Shown here in pieces: positions 10,801-18,422 of a stretch of DNA of 64,000 nt (position 1 is its first letter; each line of letters begins with the position of its first letter). Location of the stretch: contig CAVYTY010000023.1 of assembly GCA_963771395.1 (NCBI GenBank), positions 250,964 through 314,963 on the forward strand, given 5' to 3'. This DNA is from an uncultured Acidobacteriota bacterium. GTDB taxonomy: Bacteria > Acidobacteriota > Vicinamibacteria > Vicinamibacterales > 2-12-FULL-66-21. A model generated the notes under the pieces. That model was not told the DNA's origin. It saw nothing but the letters and a program-made list of their open reading frames with translations, and did not search any database. The translations under genes and the position numbers were made by a program.

Positions 10801-11103
10801 GGCGCGTGCGGCGACGGCTTCCGAGCCGATGAGGGTTGCGGGCGCGATTCCCCGGGCGGCCAGGATCGGCGCCGCGAGCCGCGCCGCGAGCTGCGCGAAA
10901 CTGAAGCGATGCAGCCCGGCGGTTGCTCCGCGCGCCGCCGCCACAGCCCGCGCCAGGTCGTCGGCCGCGCCGCGGGAGGCCGACACGATGAGCGCCCCGC
11001 CATCGATCCGCTCAGCCAGCCAACGCTCGGCCTCGCGCAGACGAGCGGACGCCTCGGAACTTTCAATGATGTGGAGAGAGCCGACGGAAGGCATGACGAG
11101 CAC
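7822..11103 (-). CDS. addB: AddB-type PD-(D/E)XK nuclease subunit with four-Cys Fe-S motif
   Basis: 1093-aa ORF with nuclease motif GSVDVIE...RITDHKTG and Cys pattern TCPFQF ... CTWCDFRLIC. Translationally coupled to addA. Confidence 0.85.
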   Translation of the reverse strand: MLVMPSVGSLHIIESSEASARLREAERWLAERIDGGALIVSASRGAADDLARAVAAARGATAGLHRFSFAQLAARLAAPILAARGIAPATLIGSEAVAARATFDARQDEGLTYFGAVAGTPGFPRALARTLHDLAMAGVEPPALRELPLGGPDLARLLQGFDDQFAAASATGRAALFTAACDGVGAVSRLPLLLLDVPMESAVEFELARRLIASAPETFITVPSGDLATLGYLETLGAPIERREPPGDSDLSALQRSLFAPSQPPERQARGDVRLFSAPGEGRECVEIARRILDEVREGVQFDEIAVFLRSPREYLGLVENAFERAGISAWFDRGARRPHPSGRAFLAILSCAVERLSAIRFAEYLSLAQVPEAGAAQPSDVLPPADDVVAGFAGADTAPDAPDDAGPRQQGTDANAPVVEGGLRAPWKWERLIVEASVIGGDPERWRRRLRGLREGYEAQIKEERLREDPESPKLAGLERDRQNLAHLAHFALPIVETLASWPTEATWGEWLERFGDLAPRVLRRSARVLRVLGELRAMSAIGPIALEEARAVLAERLRTFDEQPPADRYGRVFVGSPHQARGRAFKVVFVPGLAERLFPQKLREDPLLLDKEMREPLDTNLGTHLVVQEDRTNTERLLLHLAIGAATDRLWLSYPRLDVGGARPRVPSFYVLDIMRAIVGRIPHHEELQRDAAMAGGAKLDWPAPARPEKAIDEVEHDLATLRLLIDTPDRTTVRGHAHYLLGLNPALRRSVTRRWVRARSRWLAQDGLVRVTPAIKPMLDTQRLGARPYSVSALQKFTTCPFQFVLSAIYRFAPNDPPEPLQRLDPLMRGSLFHEVQARVLRALHGDKRLPLTAAGVPQALQALAAALEATASTYKERLAPAIERVWRDEIAAIGRDLRVWIRKLPESAPWTPEYFEYSFGLADEGRDERSQPEPVRIDDRFILRGSVDVIETKAGLPELRITDHKTGRNRTTPRTVIGGGGTLQPVIYGLAIEKVLARPVREGRLFYATTAGGFAEHPVPLSEANRRAGLEALEIIDRAIELGFLPAAPADRACTWCDFRLICGPDEPRHVARKAAEPLGDLMALREMP

Positions 11104-11190
11104 CTCCCCGGACGCCGTGCCGGGTCACCGATACGGCCGCGCCTCGCGGCCGTGACTCAAGACGGTAGCAGATGCGGCTCGAGCGTTCAA

Positions 11191-11510
11191 GATCACGGAT
11201 CTCACGGCCCACGTCATCACCGGACGCGGATTTCGCGGATGACGTTCTCATGGGACGCGGATCTCGCGGATCACACGGATCGCTTCAGGAGCTGGCTGGC
11301 AAACATTGAAGAGGCGTCAGCACAACGACCGGCCGCGCCGCAGGCGCGGTCCAGACGGGCCAGTCTGGCTCCGCCAGGCTGCCGGTCTCTGATCAACACC
11401 GTCCTCCGGAACACCTGACTAATCCGCGAGATCCGCGTCCCGTGAAACGTGATCCGCGAGATCCGCGTCCCGTGAGATCCGTGATCCGCGGCCCGTCAAA
11501 TCGATAGGAT
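11191..11510. repeat. family-B composite B1: left arm (11191-11283) of GGGACGCGGATCTCGCGGATCAC-type units, 137-bp core, and inverted right arm (11421-11510)
   Basis: The left arm contains gggacgcggatctcgcggatcacacggatc. The right arm contains its reverse complement gtgatccgcgagatccgcgtccc twice. About 11 GATC sites. Confidence 0.85.
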
Positions 11511-11532
11511 CCATCCGAGTACGCAGTGACCC

Positions 11533-12020
11533 CTATCGCCGGCCGCGCCCGGTCCGGTATTCGCTGATGATCTTGAGATAGTCGGGATCGGTGCTGGCGA
11601 CGGTCGCGCTCAGAGTGCCGAGCACGCGCCTCGCGAGACGGCGCTCGGAAGAATCCTCGGGCTTCTTCGATTTCTCGGAGAGCTCCTTCCATCGCTGACG
11701 AAGCTCCAGCAGCGTCCGGCCGTCCGAGTCGTCGGACCAGGTGATCCGTTGCGCGAGTTGTTCGACCCGGCGACGATGAATCCGTACTGCTCGGCGGCGG
11801 CCTGGTAACGGTCCACCGGGTTTCGTCCCCGCCCGCCGGGATCGAACGCGAAGATCACTGGCCATGGCCGGTCGGGTGTGTAGCCGTGCGGAAGGTAGAG
11901 GGCGTAGCTCTGCGAGGGATCCGCCCCGCATTTCACTTCGGCGATGACCACGCCGGTCGTCGGATTGGCGACCGGCGTCTGTGCTCCAGACACCAGCACG
12001 AGGAGCGTCTGCAGGATCAT
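11533..12020 (-). pseudogene. truncated/frameshifted secreted alpha/beta hydrolase (esterase-like)
   Basis: ORF 11610..12020 gives a signal peptide plus YALYLPHGYTPDRPWPVIFAFDPGGRG...YGFIVAGSNNSRNG, then loses sense. Plausible text (LLELRQRWKELSEKSKKPED) continues in the frame of ORF 11533..11931. The catalytic core is missing. Confidence 0.45.
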
Positions 12021-12036
12021 CGCGCCGCGTCGTTCG

Positions 12037-13641
12037 TCAGTCGGCCATCGCCTGGATGCGGGCGCGCTCGGCCCTCGACGCGGTGATCGCGAGCTCGATC
12101 GCGTCGTCTGAAAGGATGGTCATGTCGGCGGCGTCGCTCTTCGCGTCGGCGTGCTCCACGGCGCGCGAGATGACCTCGGCGTTTGTGGCGCCAGCCTTCT
12201 TCCCGAGAAACGGCTTCACGATGAGATAGAGGACGTCCCGCAGCGGCATGAATCTCACGAACCGCCGCAGCAGCCGGAAAGTCTGCAGCGGATACCGGGT
12301 GAACTTGTAGATGATGAGCTTCCGCATCTCCTCCGAACGGATGCGGTGCACCTCTTCGCCCGGCAGGCAGCTCGGATCGATCGACGTGCACTTGAAGTAC
12401 TTGTACCAATCGGTCGCGTCGTTCACGAGCCCGCGCTTCACGTATTCCTGCCAGAGCGGCGTGCCTCTGTAGACGCACAGGCGGTTGAAGCCGAAGCTGT
12501 CCACCCGGATCTTCGACGCGAAGCGGAACGTCGCGCGCAGGTCTTCTTCGGTCTCGTCGGGGATACCGACGACGAAGAAACCATGCACAATCTCGATGCC
12601 GGCGGCTTTGGCGTTCGAAACAGCCGATTCGATTTCCGCGAGCGTCTGTTCCTTCTTCAGGCGGTCGAGAATCTTCTGGCTCCCGCTCTCGATGCCGAAC
12701 ATCACCGTTCGGCACCCCGACTTCGCGAGCTTCGGGAACAGATGCTGGGCGGTCGAGTCCACACGCCCTTCGAGCCCGTACTTGATGGAATTGCCGGCGG
12801 CGATGAGGCCGTCGCAGATCGCCTCGATGCGCTTGGGTTGGAGGAGGAAGTGGTCGTCGACGAAGTAGACCGATCCGTAGCCGTCCTTGCGGAGCTGTTC
12901 GAACTCCGCCACCACGTGCGCCGGCGTCCGCGCCCGCCACTTGCCTTCGTTGAAGATCGGGATGTCGCAGAAAACGCACGGCCACGGGCAGCCGCGCGAC
13001 GTCTGCATCGTGGTGAACCGGTCGAGAGACAGCACTGCCGGCACGTCGAGCGGCATGGACTCGACGAAGTCGAGCGGCAGGCTCTCGCGGTCAGGGAACG
13101 GCCACTGGTCGAGATCGCGAGGGAGGGCGCGGTTCGGGTTGTTCCGAAGCGTGCCGTCCTTTTCCTGCCAGGTCACGCCGGTCACCGTGTCGGGGTCGTT
13201 CAGGCGCTCGAGCAGATCGACGATCAGCTGCTCCCCGTCGCCCCGACACACGAAGTCGACCTCTTTGCATTGCGCCTTCACGAGCTGGGCGTTGAGCGTC
13301 GCGAAGACACCACCGAAAGCCAGCTTCACGCCGGAATCGGCGGCGCGGAGCTGCCGCGCGAGCATCTTGGCGTAGGGGTAGCTCGTCGTGGACAGAAAGC
13401 TCATGCCCACGAGGTCCGGCTTCTGACGACGCATCTCGTCGATGATGACGTCGTCGGGCGTGTCGGGATTGGCCTGGTCGAACATCGTGACCTCGTGGCC
13501 GGCGCGTTTGAGCACCGACGAGAGGGACATGATGCCGATCGGTGGAAACCCCATGACCTGAAGACGGCCGTTCGGGCCCCTTTTCTGGCGCGGGATCGCG
13601 TAGAACTGCGGATCGCGAACGTGGACCAGGAACACTCGCAT
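12037..13641 (-). CDS. B12-binding-domain radical SAM protein
   Basis: MRVFLVHV... N-terminal cobalamin-binding-like domain. TSRGCPWPCVFCDIP is the CxxxCxxC radical SAM motif. The internal ATG at 13641 was chosen as the start. Confidence 0.88.
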   Translation of the reverse strand: MRVFLVHVRDPQFYAIPRQKRGPNGRLQVMGFPPIGIMSLSSVLKRAGHEVTMFDQANPDTPDDVIIDEMRRQKPDLVGMSFLSTTSYPYAKMLARQLRAADSGVKLAFGGVFATLNAQLVKAQCKEVDFVCRGDGEQLIVDLLERLNDPDTVTGVTWQEKDGTLRNNPNRALPRDLDQWPFPDRESLPLDFVESMPLDVPAVLSLDRFTTMQTSRGCPWPCVFCDIPIFNEGKWRARTPAHVVAEFEQLRKDGYGSVYFVDDHFLLQPKRIEAICDGLIAAGNSIKYGLEGRVDSTAQHLFPKLAKSGCRTVMFGIESGSQKILDRLKKEQTLAEIESAVSNAKAAGIEIVHGFFVVGIPDETEEDLRATFRFASKIRVDSFGFNRLCVYRGTPLWQEYVKRGLVNDATDWYKYFKCTSIDPSCLPGEEVHRIRSEEMRKLIIYKFTRYPLQTFRLLRRFVRFMPLRDVLYLIVKPFLGKKAGATNAEVISRAVEHADAKSDAADMTILSDDAIELAITASRAERARIQAMAD

Positions 13642-13855
13642 AGGGCTGCATTTTACTCCTATAGCCGGCGGCCCACCTTTCGCCCCAGCGCTCGCAACCG
13701 CTGACCGAATCCTAACCAGTCCCTCATGACCGGCCGCGTGTAACCCGCTACGCTCGTTTTTCCTGGGAATCGGTGTGGCGGGCGGCAGAGCCGGCCGGTC
13801 CACCGAACGCTTTCCATGTCATCCGTATGTCCGCGGTTCAAGAGGTACGAACAAG

Positions 13856-15784
13856 ATGTTTGCCCAGCGGTCGCGTCTTCCAGCCAGCTTCCTCGTCGCC
13901 CTTTTCATGATCGCTACGCTCACGGCGAGTGCTTCCGCCGAACTCCCCCCTGTTCTGACGAACGACAACCGCCGCGCTGCGGGTGCGGCCGACGGCAACA
14001 CGCTCTCGTTGAACCTCCGCGCCGAGGAAGGTCTGTGGCGACCAGAGGGAGATGCCGGGCCCGCGCTCCGTATCGAAGCCTTCGGCGAGGAGGGTGGCGC
14101 ACTTCAAGTGCCGGCGCCCCTCATTCGCGTCCGCGAGGGCACGACGATCGTCGCGACGATCCGCAACGCTCTGGACCGGACGCTCACGGTGCGGGGCTTG
14201 TGCGCTCGCGACGGTCAACCGTGTGCACCGGTCGACGTTCCCGCGGCGGGGAGCCGCGAGGTGCGCTTCACGCTCGATCGCGCCGGGACCTATCACTACT
14301 GGGGGACGACGACAGGGATGCCGCTCCCGTTCCGCGGCGCCTCTGATACCCAGCTGTCAGGCGCCCTCGTCGTCGATCGCGCCGAGGCTGACGCCGATGC
14401 CGACCGCGTGCTGGTCATCACCGACTGGACGGACCTGACGATCGAACAGCTGAAAACCATCGCGAGCGCGGACGATCCCGGCGTTCTCTTCGAGCGGCTC
14501 AGACCCCGCGTGGCGTTTCTCGTCAACGGATTGTCGTGGCCGGCCACGGAACGGCTCACGTACCGGCTGGGAGAGAAAGTGCGGTGGCGCGTCGTCAATC
14601 TGAGCAGCCAGCGGCACCCGATGCACATGCACGGGTTCTACTACGAGGTCGACAGCCTCGGCGACGGCCTGCGTGACACGACGTATGCCGAAGGCCACAG
14701 ACAGCGCGTCGTCACCCAATTGCTGCAACCAGGGTCAACGATGGCGATGACGTGGACGCCGGAGCGGGCGGGGAACTGGCTGTTCCACTGCCACATCATG
14801 CACCACGTGTCGCCCGAGCGACGGCTCACCGAGTCGGCGTCTCCACACGCCGGCCATCACGCGGGGCATGACCCGGCGGTCGGGATGGCCGGCCTCGTCC
14901 TGGGCGTGACCGTGCTCGGTCCGAGCGAGGTGGCCGCGAGCGATGCGCCTGGCGTCCCGCCGCGGAAGCTCACGCTCACGATGCAGGCGGAACCGAGGCG
15001 TTCCGGCGCCGAGCCAGCGTATGGGTTTGCCTTGGCCGAAGAAGGCCAGCCACCGGCTGAAGGCGTGTCGATCCCGGGTCCGACGCTCGTGCTCGGTCGC
15101 GGCGAGCCTGTGGAAATCACGATGGTGAACCGCCTTTCCGAAGGGACCGCGATCCACTGGCACGGCATGGAGCTCGACAGCTTCTACGACGGCGTGCACG
15201 GCTGGAGCGGCGTCGGTTCGAGAGTGACGCCGCTCATCAATCCCGGTGGAACGTTCGTCGTTCGATTCACGCCGCCGCGGACAGGCACGTTCATCTATCA
15301 CACGCACCTTCACGACAACCGTCAACTCCCGTCAGGCCTGTACGGCGCATTGCTCGTCGTGGATCCCGGCACTTCGGGAGAGACGTTCAATCCTGCAACC
15401 GATCACGTGTTCGTGATTGGCGGCGGTGGGGGCGGCGGGTTCGTGCCCGGGGCTCCGGCCGTGCTCAACGGAGAGCGAGAGCCGAAGTCCGTCTGGAAGG
15501 CGGGCACACGCCATCGCATTCGATTGATCAACATCACCACCGACGACATTTTCACGGTTTCGCTGCTGACGACCGAGGGGCCCGTGACGTGGCACCCCCT
15601 GACCAAAGACGGAGCGCCGCTACCACCCGATCGATGCGCCCCCGGCCCCGCGCGCCAGACAATCGCCGTCGGCGAAACCTACGACTTCGAAGTGCAGACG
15701 CCGCCCGGGCGACAGACGCTGTGGCTGGACGTCAAAACCACTGGAGGCAAGTGGCAGGTTCAGGGGCAGGTGATTGTCAGGTGA
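13856..15784 (+). CDS. secreted multicopper oxidase
   Basis: Signal peptide MFAQRSRLPASFLVALFMIATLTASASA. Copper-ligand motifs HPMHMHG, HCHIMHH, IHWHGMEL, YHTHLHD. Confidence 0.9.
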   Translation: MFAQRSRLPASFLVALFMIATLTASASAELPPVLTNDNRRAAGAADGNTLSLNLRAEEGLWRPEGDAGPALRIEAFGEEGGALQVPAPLIRVREGTTIVATIRNALDRTLTVRGLCARDGQPCAPVDVPAAGSREVRFTLDRAGTYHYWGTTTGMPLPFRGASDTQLSGALVVDRAEADADADRVLVITDWTDLTIEQLKTIASADDPGVLFERLRPRVAFLVNGLSWPATERLTYRLGEKVRWRVVNLSSQRHPMHMHGFYYEVDSLGDGLRDTTYAEGHRQRVVTQLLQPGSTMAMTWTPERAGNWLFHCHIMHHVSPERRLTESASPHAGHHAGHDPAVGMAGLVLGVTVLGPSEVAASDAPGVPPRKLTLTMQAEPRRSGAEPAYGFALAEEGQPPAEGVSIPGPTLVLGRGEPVEITMVNRLSEGTAIHWHGMELDSFYDGVHGWSGVGSRVTPLINPGGTFVVRFTPPRTGTFIYHTHLHDNRQLPSGLYGALLVVDPGTSGETFNPATDHVFVIGGGGGGGFVPGAPAVLNGEREPKSVWKAGTRHRIRLINITTDDIFTVSLLTTEGPVTWHPLTKDGAPLPPDRCAPGPARQTIAVGETYDFEVQTPPGRQTLWLDVKTTGGKWQVQGQVIVR

Positions 15785-15785
15785 T

Positions 15786-15928
15786 GGTTCAAAGGGTTCA
15801 AGAGGTTCAAAAAAAGGTTCAGGGGGTTCAAAAGGTTCAAGAGGTTCAGGGGGTTCAAAAGGTTCAGGGGTTCAAGGGGTTCAAAGGGTTCAGGAGGTTC
15901 ATGAAGGTTCAGAGGGTTTCGGGGTTCG
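15786..15928. repeat. family-A array A1: 14 GGTTCA + 2 degenerate units, dominant 9-bp period, purine spacers
   Basis: Unit starts read at 15786, 15795, 15804, 15816, 15825, 15834, 15843, 15852, 15861, 15869, 15878, 15887, 15896, 15906, 15915, 15923. Confidence 0.95.
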
Positions 15929-16042
15929 CTGTTTTTGCTATTCGGCCGAAGGCGCGCGTTCGCAGATTCTGAAACGATCCTGGCGGGTCGCCCGATATTC
16001 TGAGCAAATCCGCGCGGCATGCTGCGTGCTCCGCGCTTCTGC

Positions 16043-16438
16043 ATGGTGGCCGCTCGGACATTCGAGGAGCTGGATGCCTGGCAGCTGTCCAGTGAGCTCC
16101 GCGACACGATCTTCACGTTGACTGAAACGGGACCTGTTCTCAAGAACCTCAAGTTCCGCGATCAGATACGGGAGTCGTCGAGCTCGCCGCCCGCAAACCT
16201 GTCGGAAGGGTTCGGCCGTTTCAGGCCGCGCGAGTTCGCGCACTATGCGCGAATCGCGCGCGCGTCACTCCTCGAAACGCGCAACCATCTCTTGGATGGG
16301 CGAACGAAGAAGTACTTGAGCGAGGAAGACACCGCCCGCCTCCTCAAACTTCAGGTGCGAGCGACGATAGCAACAACCAGACTGCTCAGATACCTCGAGT
16401 CCTGCAAAGGCAAGCCGCCCACAGGCTGGACGTACTGA
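16043..16438 (+). CDS. four-helix-bundle protein (23S rRNA intervening-sequence protein family, Avd-like)
   Basis: FEELDAWQLSSELRDTIF...PPANLSEGFGRFRPREFAHYARIARASLLETRNHL fits the PF05635/TIGR02436 pattern. Its TGA stop is the first unit of array A2. Confidence 0.85.
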   Translation: MVAARTFEELDAWQLSSELRDTIFTLTETGPVLKNLKFRDQIRESSSSPPANLSEGFGRFRPREFAHYARIARASLLETRNHLLDGRTKKYLSEEDTARLLKLQVRATIATTRLLRYLESCKGKPPTGWTY

Positions 16439-16582
16439 ACCGCTTGAACCTCTCTGAACCTGCCCTGAACCCCTGAACCCCTGAACCTCCTGAACCTCCT
16501 GAACCCCCTTGAACCTCCTGAACCCCCTGAACCCTCTTGAACCCTCTTGAACCCTCTTGAACCCTCTTGAACCTCCTGAACT
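16436..16582. repeat. family-A array A2: 15 TGAACC + 1 degenerate units, inverted relative to A1, pyrimidine spacers
   Basis: Unit starts read at 16436, 16445, 16455, 16466, 16474, 16482, 16491, 16500, 16510, 16519, 16528, 16538, 16548, 16558, 16568, 16577. The array ends at the TAA of the M28 gene. Confidence 0.95.
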
Positions 16583-18072
16583 TACTTGCGCGGCAGCCGT
16601 TCGTCGCGCATCGAAGCGTTGTAAGCAAAGACGGCGATGACCGTGGCCTGCTGGATCATGTCGTCGGCCTGCACGCGATCGAACGTGTCCATGTTCGAGT
16701 GATGCGTGCGCGAGTTGTATTCGAGCCGGTCGACCATGAACTGAAAGGCGGGCAGGCCGACGGCGTCGAACGAGACGTGATCGGTCGAGGTCACCGAGCG
16801 GGGTCCGATCGCGAACACGCCGAGATCCTCGAGCGGCTCCATCCACTGCCGGAAGATCGGCTCGACGGCGGCGTTGCCCTGCAGCCAGATCCCTCGCACG
16901 CGACCGGTACCGTTGTCGGAGTTGAAGTACGCCGACAGCTTCTCGTGCGCCGGTGTGCGTGTCGTCGTCGCCGGATCGCCGTAGTGTTCGCGGACGTACG
17001 CGCGGGAGCCCAGCAGGCCTTCTTCTTCGCCGCCCCAGAGTCCGATCCTGATCGTCCGCCTCGGCTTCGCGCCCACGGTCGTGAGGATGCGCAGGGCTTC
17101 CATCATCGCAGCCGAGCCCGTGGCGTTGTCGGTTGCGCCCGTGCCTGCCGCCACTGAGTCGAAATGCGCGCCGAGCATCACGATTTCGTCCTTCAGCACC
17201 GGATCGCTCCCGGGCATCTCCGCGATGATGTTGAATCCGTTGTCCGTCGTTTCGTCATGGAACTTCGTCTGCACGTTGAGCTCGACTTTCACGGGCACAC
17301 CCTTGCCGAGGATCCGAACGAGGCGGTTGTAGTGTTCGACTGCGAGCGTCACGGTGGGCAGCCCGGTGCCGGCATCGGGGCCGCGCGATCCGCTGCCGGT
17401 CGGGAAGATCGTGCCGCCGTCGGGCCGCTGCTGACGCCACGACATGTCGCTTCCACCAGCGGACATGTCCGAGTCGCTGCCGCGGTTGAAGAGCGCGACG
17501 ACACCTTCGGCCTTGTAGAAGGCCTGCAGTCTCTGTTGAAAGCTGGCGGCCTCTCCTCGGCTGCTGCCGCGTCCTCCGCGCCCCGCGCCGGCTCCCCGAC
17601 CCGCGGGGACGGTGGCCGCTTCTTCAAAGTCCTTCTCCGTCATGCGTAGGACGAACGGCCCTTCGAGCATTCGCACCTCGCGCGCCGGCTGTGTGAGGAC
17701 GATCTTGCCTTTGAGCGTGCCGCGGTACTTTTGAAAGTCCGCGTCGTTTTCGATCTGCACGCGGGCGACGTCGGCAACGACGACGCCGTTCGTGCCCGAG
17801 GTCCATGAACCTGGAAAGCCGATGAGCGGCTCGATTTGCGGTTCGACGAGATGCGCGCTGAACCGCACGAGCGACCAGCCTTTGCCAAACGGAAATGTCT
17901 CGAGGTGGGGATTTGCGAGGCCCCACTCGGCAAACTTCTCGAGCGTCCAGTTGGCGGCCTGTCTGATGCCCGGGCCGCCAGTCAGCCGCGGCCCGTAGAC
18001 GTCGCTCAGCCAGCTGATGTGATCCATGACCCGGGATCGCTTCAGTCCCTCGTCGCGGATCTTCGCGATCAT
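16582..18072 (-). CDS. M28-family aminopeptidase
   Basis: 496-aa ORF with GAHFDSVAAGTGATDNATGSAAMMEALR and GLWGGEEEGLLGSRAY metal-ligand regions. The candidate signal peptide lies upstream in other frames (see findings). Confidence 0.85.
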   Translation of the reverse strand: MIAKIRDEGLKRSRVMDHISWLSDVYGPRLTGGPGIRQAANWTLEKFAEWGLANPHLETFPFGKGWSLVRFSAHLVEPQIEPLIGFPGSWTSGTNGVVVADVARVQIENDADFQKYRGTLKGKIVLTQPAREVRMLEGPFVLRMTEKDFEEAATVPAGRGAGAGRGGRGSSRGEAASFQQRLQAFYKAEGVVALFNRGSDSDMSAGGSDMSWRQQRPDGGTIFPTGSGSRGPDAGTGLPTVTLAVEHYNRLVRILGKGVPVKVELNVQTKFHDETTDNGFNIIAEMPGSDPVLKDEIVMLGAHFDSVAAGTGATDNATGSAAMMEALRILTTVGAKPRRTIRIGLWGGEEEGLLGSRAYVREHYGDPATTTRTPAHEKLSAYFNSDNGTGRVRGIWLQGNAAVEPIFRQWMEPLEDLGVFAIGPRSVTSTDHVSFDAVGLPAFQFMVDRLEYNSRTHHSNMDTFDRVQADDMIQQATVIAVFAYNASMRDERLPRK

Positions 18073-18243
18073 CGAGAGGTCGAGCTTTTCGGCAATGGGG
18101 CTGGGCGCGTGGGATGGCGATCACCCCGAGCATCAGACAGACACACGACAGACAGACGCTTCATGAGCAGGCTCCAGAGAGAGCTTCCATGCTTAGCAGC
18201 CCGTCGCGTTGACACTCGACTGTGGCTGCGGGTCGGCGTTGCT

Positions 18244-18334
18244 GGGTCATCCATTTTCTAATGCGTGCGCGGAAGCCGCTCACTCGACGAGAAAATCGAG
18301 ATTTGACCCCGGTCAACCGCAGTTGACGGCCTCG
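18244..18334. repeat. hairpin element F, copy 1 (degenerate stem)
   Basis: gggtcatccattttctaatgcgtgcgcggaagccgctcactcgacgagaaaatcgagatttgaccccggtcaaccgcagttgacggcctcgc aligns along its length with 22558-22654. Confidence 0.8.
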
Positions 18335-18422
18335 CGGCTTCATCAAGCTGCCCTCTATACCAGGTGTCAGCAAATGCTCGGGGATGCGCTATCGTAAGGG
18401 AGGTTCGCGAACCGCCCTACCC

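Noticed and set aside
4178-11103. The helicase + PD-(D/E)XK nuclease pair as a novel anti-phage defence system.
   Set aside because: The motif order, Fe-S cysteines, sizes and translational coupling are those of canonical AddAB recombination repair. No accessory defence-type genes are adjacent.
12037-15784. The divergent B12-radical-SAM and multicopper-oxidase genes as a RiPP or natural-product cluster.
   Set aside because: There is no small precursor-peptide ORF, transporter or further tailoring gene in the 215-bp divergent spacer or flanks. Adjacency alone is not evidence.
15589-16846. Long ORFs crossing the arrays (for example 15589..15972, 15774..16121, 16265..16846, 31229..32293, 27253..27636) as real low-complexity proteins.
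   Set aside because: They exist only because the GGTTCA, GGATC and GGTGCC senses lack stop codons at a ~9-bp period. The translations are monotonous (VQGVQKVQ, GSKGSRGS). They overlap well-supported genes or have no start context.
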